Part shown: positions 9,067 through 19,052 of the stretch, piece after piece
Numbering within the stretch: position 1 is the first letter of the stretch
Layout: each line of letters begins with the position of its first letter
Assembly (NCBI GenBank): GCA_040220235.1
Contig: JAVJTO010000026.1
Reading direction: 5' to 3' (one strand)
DNA from: Coleofasciculus sp. B1-GNL1-01
GTDB taxonomy: Bacteria; Cyanobacteriota; Cyanobacteriia; Cyanobacteriales; Coleofasciculaceae
DNA length: 64,000 bases
The notes under the pieces: generated by a model
The model's database searches: none
The model's input: the letters and a program-made list of their open reading frames with translations, nothing else
What the model was told of the DNA's origin: nothing
Position numbers and translations under genes: made by a program

Positions 9067-10773
9067 TTGACACCTCAGCCCTTATCTCGTCCCCCAATTC
9101 TCAACCCACAAACAGCTTGGGGATTAGTATTTATCGGCGCGATCGCACTTTCTCTTTACCAGGCGGGTATCTGGGGAGAGGATATCTTGAATCCAGGTGG
9201 ATTTTCCTTATTGGGGCGATTCCTCCAAGCCAGTCTACAACCGGAGTTAAGCCTTGAGTTTCTCCAATTAACCTTAGAGGCGACGCTTACCACGTTAGCT
9301 TATGCCGTCTGTGGTACGTTTCTCAGTGTGGTGCTGGGAATTGTGGGCGGAATTTTCACCTCAGAGGTGTGGTGGTTGGCGGTTTCTCCGGGTTCAATCG
9401 AGAGACACCCTTCTCAAATTTGGTTGAGTTTGCGGGGATTGTTGGCGGTTCCCAGGGCGATTCACGAAATGCTGTGGGGACTGTTTTTTGTGAATATTTG
9501 GGGACTTGATCCCTTAGTCGCCATTTTAGCGATCGCGATTCCCTTTGGGGCGGTGGTGGCGAAGGTTTTTGCCGAAATTCTGGATGAGACGCCTCGTCAA
9601 CCGCTAATTACGCTGCTTAATAGTGGGGTTGCACCGTTAACCGCGTTTCTGTATACGCTGATTCCCCAAGCCTTTTTAAATCTTCTCTCCTATACATTTT
9701 ATCGCTTTGAATGTTCGATTCGTTCGGCGGCGGTGTTGGGAATTATCGGGGCTGGGGGATTAGGATATGAGATTTTCCTAAGTTTGCAGTCACTGCGTTA
9801 TCAGCAATTGTGGACATTTTTCTATGCCCTATTTATCTTAAATGGGATGGTTGATTTGAGTAGCGCTTGGTTACGCGATCGCTTAGGCTGTACCAGTCGC
9901 CTGGATTTAAATGCTGATCAAGGTTCTACGTCTCCAAGGAAATCCTATCAGCGTGATCCGTGGATTACTCTGGCGGGTATCGCAGTGGCGCTACTCATCC
10001 CCTTTTGCTTTTGGTATGTCCATCCTGACTTTACTCAACTTTGGTCACCCCGTACTGGGAAATTATTGGCGGATGCGATAACCGTATCCTTTCCACCGGA
10101 TATCAGCTGGGAACAATTGCCAGAATTAGTCCGATTATCAACCCAAACCCTCTCCATGTCCATTCTCGCGATCGCTTTAGCGAGTATAGGTGGTATTTTA
10201 CTCTCGTTTCCGGCAACTCGTAATTTTTTCCTACCTGGAGGATTACTCAATCCGAGTCGTCAAGGAAGAGGGCGAGGCGAGAAAATTTGGGTATGGATTA
10301 CCTTTTTACTCACCCGGGCGATTTTATTGGTGTGTCGGGCAATTCCTGCACCAATTTGGGCGTTAGTGGCGCTGTTTATCTTATTTCCGGGTATTTTACC
10401 GGGTGCGATCGCGTTGGGGATGCACAATTTGGGGATTTTAGGGCGGTTGATGGCAGAAGTGACAGAAAATATCCCCCAACCTCCATTACAAGCCTTGAAA
10501 GCTCAGGGAACCCCCGCTGCGTTGGTGTTTTTATATGGGGTGCTACCGATGACATTGCCCCGTTTTCTGGCGTATAGTCTGTACCGTTGGGAAGTCTGTA
10601 TGCGAGAAACGGTAATTGTGGGATTAGTGGGGGCGGGTGGATTAGGGCGGTTATTGAGTGAACAATTGAGTAGTTTTGACGCGCCCGGTATTGTTACCAC
10701 TATCGCCTGTTTAATTATGCTGACGGTTCTCGTGGATTGGATAAGTGGAATCAGTCGGCGTGCATGGCGTTGA
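9067..10773 (+). CDS. phnE: PhnE/PtxC-family ABC permease with two tandem permease domains
   Basis: Duplicated motifs (YRFECSIRSAAVLGIIGAGGLG; YRWEVCMRETVIVGLVGAGGLG); start moved to TTG 9067 because the upstream part of the ORF lies in a palindromic repeat. Confidence 0.8.
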   Translation: MTPQPLSRPPILNPQTAWGLVFIGAIALSLYQAGIWGEDILNPGGFSLLGRFLQASLQPELSLEFLQLTLEATLTTLAYAVCGTFLSVVLGIVGGIFTSEVWWLAVSPGSIERHPSQIWLSLRGLLAVPRAIHEMLWGLFFVNIWGLDPLVAILAIAIPFGAVVAKVFAEILDETPRQPLITLLNSGVAPLTAFLYTLIPQAFLNLLSYTFYRFECSIRSAAVLGIIGAGGLGYEIFLSLQSLRYQQLWTFFYALFILNGMVDLSSAWLRDRLGCTSRLDLNADQGSTSPRKSYQRDPWITLAGIAVALLIPFCFWYVHPDFTQLWSPRTGKLLADAITVSFPPDISWEQLPELVRLSTQTLSMSILAIALASIGGILLSFPATRNFFLPGGLLNPSRQGRGRGEKIWVWITFLLTRAILLVCRAIPAPIWALVALFILFPGILPGAIALGMHNLGILGRLMAEVTENIPQPPLQALKAQGTPAALVFLYGVLPMTLPRFLAYSLYRWEVCMRETVIVGLVGAGGLGRLLSEQLSSFDAPGIVTTIACLIMLTVLVDWISGISRRAWR

Positions 10774-11042
10774 ATCCAATAGGCAGGAGGCACGGCAACG
10801 CTGTATCCCTACGGAACCTGTCCTCGAACCCGCTACTGACTTCAGCTTATCTGTCTATTTTATAACAGTACCAAAGCAGGGAGAGGATATTCTTTACTGT
10901 TCTGTTGCCTGTTCCCTGTTGCCTAATCTCAACCGTTAATTTTAATTGTGTCCACCTACTTAGTGCTGTACTTGTTGACTATCGTGGTTTTTTGTATATA
11001 CAATGTACACACATACCTAAAACTCTAAAGTAGAGAGTAACT

Positions 11043-11333
11043 ATGGCGTTTCTTGATAAAACCAATAAAGACAAGCGCTCCCTTGTCGTCAATATGAGAG
11101 TTGAACCCAATCAGCTTGATCTCATAGATACAGCGGCATCTGTTTGTGGCAAGACTCGGAGTGCTTTTATGTTAGACGCAGCCTATCGAGCAGCAGAAGA
11201 GGCATTGCTAGATTGGAGATTGTTCCGCCTTAATGATGATCAGTGGAAGGCTTTTAATCAAGCTCTTGATATGCCCCCAGAGAAAAATGAAAAGTTACAT
11301 CAATTGCTTCAGGTAAAATCTCCTTGGGAATAA
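11043..11333 (+). CDS. DUF1778/TacA-family RHH antitoxin
   Basis: NMRV...LIDTAA...GKTRSAFMLDAA...LNDDQWKAFNQALDMPP; precedes a GNAT gene. Confidence 0.9.
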   Translation: MAFLDKTNKDKRSLVVNMRVEPNQLDLIDTAASVCGKTRSAFMLDAAYRAAEEALLDWRLFRLNDDQWKAFNQALDMPPEKNEKLHQLLQVKSPWE

Positions 11334-11357
11334 TTATTATTCTGTGGTAATTACCTC

Positions 11358-11855
11358 ATGAAGTATACCCCACCGGAACATATTCAACCAACCCATGATA
11401 TAGAGTCATTTGATTGTGGCGAGATAAGCTTAAATCAATGGTTAAAAACACGCGCTCTTAACAATGAAACCCTTGGTTCATCACGCACTTATGTAGTCTG
11501 TTGGGAAAACAAAGTAGTAGGATACTACTGTTTAGCTAATGGTCAGGTTTCTCATATTGAAGCTCCCGGTAAAATCAAAAGAAATATGCCCGATCCAATC
11601 CCAGTCGTAGTAATGGGTAGACTGGCTGTTGATATTCATCATCAAGGAAAGGGAATTGGTATGGGAATGATCAAAGATGCTGTAAAGCGTACTCTACAAG
11701 CATCGGAGATACTAGGGATTAGAGCGATTCTAATTCATGCCCTTAACGAAAATGTGAAAGATTTTTACGTGGAACGTTGCGGCTTTATGCCTTCTCCAAT
11801 TCATCCTTTAACGGTCATGGTAAAACTTTCTGACATAAAAAAGAATCTTATTTGA
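11358..11855 (+). CDS. GNAT acetyltransferase toxin (TacT/AtaT family)
   Basis: FDCGEISLNQWL, PVVVMGRLAVD, QGKGIG acetyl-CoA motif. Confidence 0.9.
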   Translation: MKYTPPEHIQPTHDIESFDCGEISLNQWLKTRALNNETLGSSRTYVVCWENKVVGYYCLANGQVSHIEAPGKIKRNMPDPIPVVVMGRLAVDIHHQGKGIGMGMIKDAVKRTLQASEILGIRAILIHALNENVKDFYVERCGFMPSPIHPLTVMVKLSDIKKNLI

Positions 11856-11943
11856 ATGAATAAAGACGCGCTGGGGAAACATCTGTACCTCACCTACGTT
11901 AGAAACTAGATAAATAACCTCCTTCCTGCCTTGAAGCCTGCTG

Positions 11944-12789
11944 TTATATTAACGCGATCGCACGATTGGTATAGTCGGGGAGTTCAGGCGTTTTTCCATC
12001 CTGATCCGGAACCGCTTCGACAAACACATCCTTATAGTTCATCTGAACATCACCAAAAATAGTGGCAAACGCGACATCAGCCGCATCGCGCCCAATACCA
12101 ATGCGAATTAACCCATTACAGGGGGCGAGTCGGCTGGCGTCAAACAAATACCAGCGATCGCCTAAATACGCCTCAAAATAGGCATGAAAATCTTGCGGTT
12201 CTAAATTATAAGCATATCCCGTCACAAATCGAGCTGGAATATTCAACGCCCGACAAAAAGCAATTCCCAAATGGGCAAAATCTCGACAAACCCCTGCTCG
12301 TTCTGTCGCGGTATCATAAGCCGAGGTATGTTGATTCGTGCTACCCGATAAATAGGTGACATTATCGTAAATCCAGTTACAGATTGCCGTAACTCTGGAA
12401 TAGTCAGGAATCAAATTACCAAACTCATTCTGTGCCAGACGCATCAGCCGATCTGACTCACAGTAACGCGATGGGTAGAGGTAATGTAACGTTTCTAACG
12501 GTAACTTATGCGGAGGATTTTCTGGAATCGAACTGGGGTCTTCATCCCGATAATATAAATCCACAGTTGCTTGATAGGACACCTGTAAGTCACCTTGGGG
12601 TAAATGGACTCGTAGATATCGGTTTTCCATCCGAGGAGAAACATACTCCTCATAATCCAGGGATGGTTCAATTCGCAAGCTTTCTTGCAGAATTTTTTGA
12701 TGTTTTTTCTCAACAACGCTGAGATTAAAAATAAAAGTGCTACTTGCCGCAACACTATAGTTTAATTGACAGCCTAGCTTGAATTTCAT
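11944..12789 (-). CDS. Transglutaminase-like family protein
   Basis: GVCRDFAH, DFHAYFEAY, WYLFD catalytic triad motifs. Confidence 0.92.
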   Translation of the reverse strand: MKFKLGCQLNYSVAASSTFIFNLSVVEKKHQKILQESLRIEPSLDYEEYVSPRMENRYLRVHLPQGDLQVSYQATVDLYYRDEDPSSIPENPPHKLPLETLHYLYPSRYCESDRLMRLAQNEFGNLIPDYSRVTAICNWIYDNVTYLSGSTNQHTSAYDTATERAGVCRDFAHLGIAFCRALNIPARFVTGYAYNLEPQDFHAYFEAYLGDRWYLFDASRLAPCNGLIRIGIGRDAADVAFATIFGDVQMNYKDVFVEAVPDQDGKTPELPDYTNRAIALI

Positions 12790-12968
12790 AATTTATCTCA
12801 ATAAGGATTATTTTAAGGCTTTCTCTAAATAATTTGCCATTATTTGGCATTTATTTATATTAATTGTTGTCAACGTACATTTTTAGAATTAACAATCTAG
12901 GTTCTAATAATCGTAAGCCATAGAGGTTTTATTGAAAAAATGACAGACAAATGACAATCACTAACGTC

Positions 12969-13385
12969 TTAAGAAGCTTGATGAGTTGGCTGTTGTGCGG
13001 CTGAACCCGAACAGCGAAATTGAGGCGTCTCAGCTAGTACAGCGATGATTCCCTCCCTTTTAGTTTCTAGAGTGGTATCACTAAGCAAATCAACCACCTT
13101 TACTCCCAAAATTTCCTGGATTCGCTCTCTCAATTGAGGCTTGATGGCAGCATCTAAATCTGAGCGCACCTTCTCAGTTAGGTCTTTCTCTCCTTGGTTA
13201 GCAAGTAACTGCTCCGGCTGAGTTACAGCATCTTCCAGAATCAGCGTAACTCTATCACCTTGAATACTGGCTGTTATTTTGCCAGGTTGATGTCCAAGTT
13301 GCTCACGGTACAGTGATTGTATTCCTTGAGAGAGGCGGCGTTCCAACTGCCCCCGGGTCGGACGAGCTTTTTTTGACATAGACAT
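12969..13385 (-). CDS. DUF2294-family protein
   Basis: TRGQLERRLSQ...LGHQP...ILEDAVTQPEQLL; start moved to ATG 13385. Confidence 0.75.
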   Translation of the reverse strand: MSMSKKARPTRGQLERRLSQGIQSLYREQLGHQPGKITASIQGDRVTLILEDAVTQPEQLLANQGEKDLTEKVRSDLDAAIKPQLRERIQEILGVKVVDLLSDTTLETKREGIIAVLAETPQFRCSGSAAQQPTHQAS

Positions 13386-13548
13386 AATAACAGAGGTAAC
13401 GCAGAGGACGATAGTAATAGATTGTCTCAAATGGATGCTTGGAAACTTAGCGTACCACAAAATGTCACACCTGAAGCAGCGAGTAAGCATTGGTGTCAAC
13501 TGAGTTGAAAGCAAATTTTTCCGACACCCCGCCCCCTCAGCTATCACA

Positions 13549-13590
13549 GTAACAGTTGTTACAAAATCTTGACATTAGCTTTGTTAACCT
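13549..13590 (+). promoter_or_regulatory. NtcA-activated promoter of nrrA
   Basis: GTA-ACAGTTGT-TAC (13549-13562), 22 nt spacer, then TAACCT -10 box (13585-13590): the canonical GTAN8TAC-N22-TAN3T arrangement. Confidence 0.85.
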
Positions 13591-13623
13591 GAGTAACAAT
13601 GCCGAAAAAGGAAACAAAATGCC

Positions 13624-14409
13624 GTGGGAGCATCGGTTTGTATTCAGATTATCGAGGGGAATCCCCATTTGCGATCGCTGCTAGGTTGGCACTTGCAGCA
13701 AGCGGGCTATTGGGTTTATCAATCTGCCTCCCTCTATCAAGCTAGAGAGACATTCTACAATCGCCAACCTACTCTCGTCATTCTCGACTCTGACTTACCC
13801 GATGGTGACGGGGTAGAGTTTTGTCGCTGGATTCACCAGCAGCGACATTCGTTAATTTTAATGCTGTCTGCCCGTAATCATGAAGTTGATATCGTCCAAG
13901 GGTTAAAAGCTGGTGCCGATGATTATCTAACCAAACCCTTTGGAATGCAGGAATTTCTGGCAAGAGTCGAGGCACTGATTCGACGTATCCGGATGACGGC
14001 TGTACCAATGACGCTGGAATATGGTGATCTCAAAATTGATTTAGTTCAGCGCCGGGTGTGTTACAAAGGGGAGTTTGTTGATTTAACGCCTCAGGAATTT
14101 AGTTTACTCTACGTTCTTACTCAAGCAGAAGGATTACCCTTAAGTCGTTCAGAGTTACTACGTCGGGCGTGGCCCGATGCTATTGATAATCCCCGTACTA
14201 TTGATACCCATGTCCTCTCACTACGCAAAAAAATTGAAACTGATCCCCGACAACCCAGTTTAATTCAAACGGTGCGGAATGTGGGTTATCGGTTTAATCC
14301 AGAAATGCTCGAACGCAGCCAATCAACTGGAGGAGAAGCAGATCATAATTATCCAACGTCTCGACCAGATGTTGCACCCGTAGCTGCGAGTACCGCTGGG
14401 CGACAATAG
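13624..14409 (+). CDS. nrrA: OmpR-family nitrogen-regulated response regulator NrrA (Rre37)
   Basis: N-terminus VCIQIIEGNPHLRSLLGWHLQQ; receiver + winged helix; NtcA box upstream. Confidence 0.88.
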   Translation: MGASVCIQIIEGNPHLRSLLGWHLQQAGYWVYQSASLYQARETFYNRQPTLVILDSDLPDGDGVEFCRWIHQQRHSLILMLSARNHEVDIVQGLKAGADDYLTKPFGMQEFLARVEALIRRIRMTAVPMTLEYGDLKIDLVQRRVCYKGEFVDLTPQEFSLLYVLTQAEGLPLSRSELLRRAWPDAIDNPRTIDTHVLSLRKKIETDPRQPSLIQTVRNVGYRFNPEMLERSQSTGGEADHNYPTSRPDVAPVAASTAGRQ

Positions 14410-14546
14410 TGTTTTTGGTGTAGGGGTACAGGGGGATAAGGGAGTCAAAATTGAGTAAGGGCGGGTTTTGTACAAACGTTACCATCAATCGCGATAAGAA
14501 AGTCCCTAAACCCGCCCCTACAAACCAGGTTCCCTCGAAGGTTGGC

Positions 14547-15380
14547 TTAAAACTCTTCCACTCCCCACTCTTGTGCTGCTTGCGCTTCGGCTTTGACTAA
14601 GGAATCTCGTAACAGGTTCCAGTCCAAATTAGTCGCTGATGTATCTTGCATGAGTTGACCTGTCTGGAGATACAATACTCGATTACAGAAGAGTTGAGCC
14701 ATGTCTAACTGATGATTCACCATTAAAACCGTAATCTGCTCCTGCTTTGCCATGTCAGCCAAGACACCCAAAACATGAGAAGCTGTCCCCACATCAAGGG
14801 CGGATGTCGGTTCATCCAATAGGATAATTTTAGGTTGACAAACTAAAGCCCGTGCGATCGCAACCAGTTGTCGTTGTCCGACGGAAAGTTGTAATTCTGT
14901 GCGTTCCAGCCAATCATTGGGGATGTGCAGCCGTTCCCGATAGGTTTCAATCCGTTGTGCGATTCCCTCTGGTACTGCGCTCCGCGCAATCGCGGATTTT
15001 CCGAGCTGCTGTAACACCAACGGATAAGCCAGCGCCTCCCGTACCGTCATTCCCAATAGTTTTGGTTCTTGGGAAACCAGCATAATTTGCCGTCGTAACT
15101 GTAGTACGGGAATGGTTTGAATATCTTGATTATCCAGATAAATCATACCGCTGGTGGGATCACTCAATCGGTTCAATAGCCGCAGCAGTGAACTTTTGCC
15201 CGCACCAGAGGGACCAATTAATGTTATGCGATCGCCTCTAGCCACGCCAAAAGAAATGTCGCTGAGAATAGGTGTTGCTGGAATCGCGCCTTTTGCGGCT
15301 GTCACCAAACTCACTTGCTTGAGTTGGAGTTGAGCCAGCGTCGGCGATAATGAACCATCAGATATCGGGGGTGAGTTCAT
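14547..15380 (-). CDS. ABC transporter ATP-binding protein
   Basis: GPSGAGKS, LSVGQRQ, LLDEPTSALD. Confidence 0.92.
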   Translation of the reverse strand: MNSPPISDGSLSPTLAQLQLKQVSLVTAAKGAIPATPILSDISFGVARGDRITLIGPSGAGKSSLLRLLNRLSDPTSGMIYLDNQDIQTIPVLQLRRQIMLVSQEPKLLGMTVREALAYPLVLQQLGKSAIARSAVPEGIAQRIETYRERLHIPNDWLERTELQLSVGQRQLVAIARALVCQPKIILLDEPTSALDVGTASHVLGVLADMAKQEQITVLMVNHQLDMAQLFCNRVLYLQTGQLMQDTSATNLDWNLLRDSLVKAEAQAAQEWGVEEF

Positions 15381-15386
15381 GGTTAC

Positions 15387-16595
15387 TTATTTTTCTCCTG
15401 ATTCCTCTATTTCTCTGATTTCTCGGATTTCTTTAACGTTTCCCAGTTTTACCGTCGTTTCCGCCCGGGCAATCACATCTTTGGCTAACCGTTCACTAAA
15501 TCCCACGGTAAACGCGATCGCAAAATAAAATAATTCTTCTTTTCTACCCGTAGCCTCTGTTGGGTTCGTATCCAGGGGAATCAGTCCAGAACTAATTAGG
15601 GTGTACATAAAAACACCAAATGATGCCCCAATAATTGGCTTAAACGCCCCGATTAAAAAGGGAATAACTGGATCGAGGATTTCTCGAAACTCTACATCAA
15701 ACTCCTTGAGTCGAATTAAAATACTGACCACACTTCCCAACGCTCCCGATGCACCCACCACAAACACTCGGAAAATAATTTGAGAATCTTCGGGGGATAA
15801 AGAAATTGTTTCCAAACCAAAGGGCAAGGTGATGGTTAATTGTTTATCGGGTTGATTTTGTTCCTGCATTAATTGAAGTTCTTCCTTGACCTGATCTTCG
15901 AGGGATGTCAAGGTTGATTCAATCTCACGGATTCTTTCTTCCATGGAAGTTGGACGGCTGCCCGCACCTAATGAACTTAAGGTTCTTTGGGGTGCCTCCA
16001 TATCGGCTAAGCTTTGTTTTATTTCTTCACGTTCATTGCTGATTTTCTCCAAGGATTCACTAACTTGGGATAGTTCGGAAGTTTGAGTTCCATAATTCAA
16101 AAAATAAACGGAAGAAATCAGCGCAATAATCCCGGCAAACGAAAAGGGAAAGCATAGTCCGATAATAACTTTGGTCGGGACTGAATCTAAATAGTAAATA
16201 TCGACAAAACTATTAAGAATTGAGCGTCTAAGGATTAGGAAAAATGGTTCGTGTCGGCGGAGCGATCGCAACAGCCTAATTCGGGTCTGTTTGACCAGAG
16301 AAATACCCGCTTTGTCATCCACAACCGATTTAATCGCTGGAATTAAAACGTCAAGGATACTGGTAAGTTCTAGAACTCTGGGTTCATGTCCTCGGTCAAC
16401 TTGCTTCTTTTTTATACTTAGTCTTTCAATCCGTTGAATAAAAACTAAAATATTAGAAATCTCATCAAGAATCTTTTGGCGAGATTTTGATGATCCATCA
16501 ATAGCTTTTTGTTTGTTAATTAATGCATCAACTAACTCCATAACTTCTTGCTTTTTTATAGCAAAATTATGCATATAGTCTTGAGTTGAATTCAT
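15387..16595 (-). CDS. Hypothetical multi-TM membrane protein with coiled coil
   Basis: 402-aa ORF; TM segments, coiled coil, GALGS...KPIIG...GFSER C-terminal region. Confidence 0.7.
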   Translation of the reverse strand: MNSTQDYMHNFAIKKQEVMELVDALINKQKAIDGSSKSRQKILDEISNILVFIQRIERLSIKKKQVDRGHEPRVLELTSILDVLIPAIKSVVDDKAGISLVKQTRIRLLRSLRRHEPFFLILRRSILNSFVDIYYLDSVPTKVIIGLCFPFSFAGIIALISSVYFLNYGTQTSELSQVSESLEKISNEREEIKQSLADMEAPQRTLSSLGAGSRPTSMEERIREIESTLTSLEDQVKEELQLMQEQNQPDKQLTITLPFGLETISLSPEDSQIIFRVFVVGASGALGSVVSILIRLKEFDVEFREILDPVIPFLIGAFKPIIGASFGVFMYTLISSGLIPLDTNPTEATGRKEELFYFAIAFTVGFSERLAKDVIARAETTVKLGNVKEIREIREIEESGEK

Positions 16596-16658
16596 TTTAT
16601 ATTATAGTAGAGTAAAAAACTGATAGATTAGTATTTTTAGGTGACATCGATATGATTC

Positions 16659-16756
16659 GTGTAAACTTAAACCTATTCCAATTCCCTCCCCTTGATAAGG
16701 GGAGGGTTAGGGTGGGGTAAAATCAAGGTATTGCAGATTTTTGCTTAAGTTTACAC
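16659..16756. mobile_element. MITE-like element, about 98 bp
   Basis: TIRs GTGTAAACTTAA / TTAAGTTTACAC around the CCCTCCCCTTGATAAGGGGAGGG palindrome; partial relative at ~36145-36219. Confidence 0.6.
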
Positions 16757-16844
16757 CAATAACCGACGTACACCCATAAAACCGATAAAGTCTACTGCAC
16801 TTAAGGGTATCACGCCCCTCGAACCGTCGGATTGGTTAAAAATT

Positions 16845-17441
16845 TCAAGCCATCAAACCTTGGCTAAAAACCGTCCAAATTGTCCAACCATCGACAAGCA
16901 ATAACAACAGCGTCAATCCTAACAAAATGAGATACATCCAGGGTTGTGCCAATGGACGGATATCAGTGGTATCGATACCCGTATACGTTTCCACCAACTT
17001 AACTAACCGAGCAAAACCCACCACACGCATAGGTAGTAAATACGCCTGCTCCGATGACTGGCTTACAAAATAGTAAACTAATCCCCCTTGTCCCGTCGTC
17101 CGCATTTTTAAATCTTTAACATCCGCCCAAGGTAACTCCCAACCCTTACGGAAAAAACGAGGAACCCATTTTGGATAAGTCACCTGAATTTTCTCGTCAC
17201 CCACAATGACTCGTTCACTCAACGCCCCATACAGCGCTAATAAACCCAAACCAATTCCTCCCCACAGCAATGCTGGTGGTACGGGAGCCGAAGACACTTG
17301 GGCTAAAAAGGGTAGAGGTACAGTTAGCGCCACATATAGACTCAACAGCGTGATCCGAATTAAGGGAGAGAGGCGAAACGTTGACGGAATAGGCGGAGTT
17401 TGTTGTTCTAATTTTGATAGAGTTTTAAGGTTTGATGACAT
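16845..17441 (-). CDS. Hypothetical membrane protein
   Basis: Three hydrophobic segments; TTGQGGLVYYF; probable ATG at 17441. Confidence 0.75.
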   Translation of the reverse strand: MSSNLKTLSKLEQQTPPIPSTFRLSPLIRITLLSLYVALTVPLPFLAQVSSAPVPPALLWGGIGLGLLALYGALSERVIVGDEKIQVTYPKWVPRFFRKGWELPWADVKDLKMRTTGQGGLVYYFVSQSSEQAYLLPMRVVGFARLVKLVETYTGIDTTDIRPLAQPWMYLILLGLTLLLLLVDGWTIWTVFSQGLMA

Positions 17442-17708
17442 AGACTTAAACGTGCCTATAAAAATATTTTTTTCCAAATTTCACACACCAGCTAAATCAA
17501 CTAGCATTTTTAGCTTGTTATTATACCATTTTAAAGTGCGACACTATGCTCCAGCAAGACTTTACGTAAATTAAGCGGTCATGCATTTAAATTGGGAATG
17601 GGTCGCGAGCAAGATGCTCGCACGACAAGAATTCCCATGAATTTACTCTCAGAAAGCATCGTCAAGCTAAAATTGATCTGAGATTTACCCTTCACGGAGT
17701 AATCATTA

Positions 17709-17990
17709 ATGGTAAGGTTAACAGATCATTGTCACATTGTCAGAAATGACGAAATACTGAATAGCGAACCCATTATCAAAGGCACCCGCACACCAGTCAG
17801 GGCAATAGTGGAAATGTGGCGCATCGGAGTCTCGCCGGAGGAAATTCCTCAGCGGTTAACCCATCTTGGTCTATCACAGGTATTTGATGCACTCAGCTAT
17901 TATCTGGATCATCAGGCAGAAATCAATGAATACATTGAGCGCAACCGTATTCCAGACGAACTTATTGATCCACGAGTTCGGAACGTATGA
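17709..17990 (+). CDS. DUF433-family antitoxin
   Basis: EPIIKGTRTPVRAIV...QVFDALSYY. Confidence 0.9.
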   Translation: MVRLTDHCHIVRNDEILNSEPIIKGTRTPVRAIVEMWRIGVSPEEIPQRLTHLGLSQVFDALSYYLDHQAEINEYIERNRIPDELIDPRVRNV

Positions 17991-18334
17991 CTGATATTTT
18001 TATTCATGTTTATTTGGACGAAGATGTTGACGTACTGGTCGCAAGTCTTTTGCAATCTCGGGGTTTCCAGGCAACAACAGCGCAACAAGCAGGACAACTC
18101 GGTGCAACAGATGCTGAACAGTTAGAATACGCGACAAGTCAACGGTATACTATTTTAACGCATAATCGTACTGATTTTGAAGATCTTGCACGGATATACT
18201 TTAATACAGGGAAGTGGCATTCTGGAATTATCATTGCTGTCAGGAAACCATACTCGGAAATTGTGCAGAGGTTGCTCATAATCCTGGATTCCACCACAGC
18301 AGATGAAATGGAAAACCAAATTCTTTACATCTAA
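17987..18334 (+). CDS. DUF5615 PIN-like toxin
   Basis: YLDEDV...TDAEQL...ILTHNRTDF...HSGII; ATGA overlap with the DUF433 gene. Confidence 0.88.
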   Translation: MTDIFIHVYLDEDVDVLVASLLQSRGFQATTAQQAGQLGATDAEQLEYATSQRYTILTHNRTDFEDLARIYFNTGKWHSGIIIAVRKPYSEIVQRLLIILDSTTADEMENQILYI

Positions 18335-18628
18335 CGATATAGACTTAAAAAAATGATCTGAATTAAGGGCAAGATGCAAAACGTAGAAGGGCTAAGCTAA
18401 ACTTATTGTTCTGATTTTGATAAGGTTTACATATTTGAGGACATCAGTTTAAATTTGTCTTTCTTTCCAAAATTCACCAGTAAAGGGGTGAGGGCGCAAG
18501 CCTTGCGCCCCTACAGCTTTTTTTTACTCTATGTAGTACATCCCATCTCTCCCAATACTGCTCGGATAAGTTCTAAGTTAATTTTTTCTTCCCCAGCTTC
18601 CCCAGCTCCCCCAGCTCTCCCAGCTCCC

Positions 18629-18970
18629 TCATCTCTCTTCCGGTGTCCAAACAACATCCTCCCCTTGTCCCCAAAAGCCGTCATATTTCGTCACCCGCAC
18701 ATCACCCAAAACCTTAGTTTGACAAGCTAAGCGACGATTAGCGGTGGGAGAATGGGGCGGGAGAGAACGTCTCGCCTTATCCTTCCAGTTCGCCTCTGAA
18801 ACCTCCCCTTCCACCTCAACCGCACAAGTGCCACAACTACCAATCCCCATACAGTTGATAATTTTGGCATTGCCGTTGTAAAGCGGTACACCATGCTCCA
18901 GTAAAACTTTGCGTAAATTACTGCCTGGGTCACATGAAAACGTTTTCCCTTGAGCTGTTACTTTAGGCAT
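18629..18970 (-). CDS. 2Fe-2S ferredoxin-like protein
   Basis: NCMGIGSCGTC...RLACQ. Confidence 0.92.
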   Translation of the reverse strand: MPKVTAQGKTFSCDPGSNLRKVLLEHGVPLYNGNAKIINCMGIGSCGTCAVEVEGEVSEANWKDKARRSLPPHSPTANRRLACQTKVLGDVRVTKYDGFWGQGEDVVWTPEER

Positions 18971-19052
18971 TGAGGATTTATCTATCGTAGTGACTACACC
19001 CTTTCTCTTTCTAGTTTACATTTCTTGACAATTTACACAACTATCTTTACTT

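Noticed and set aside
19015..19032. HLR1-like TTTACATT-TC-TTGACAAT between the ferredoxin gene and cimA
   Set aside because: Second half is mismatched and equally explained as a -35 TTGACA box
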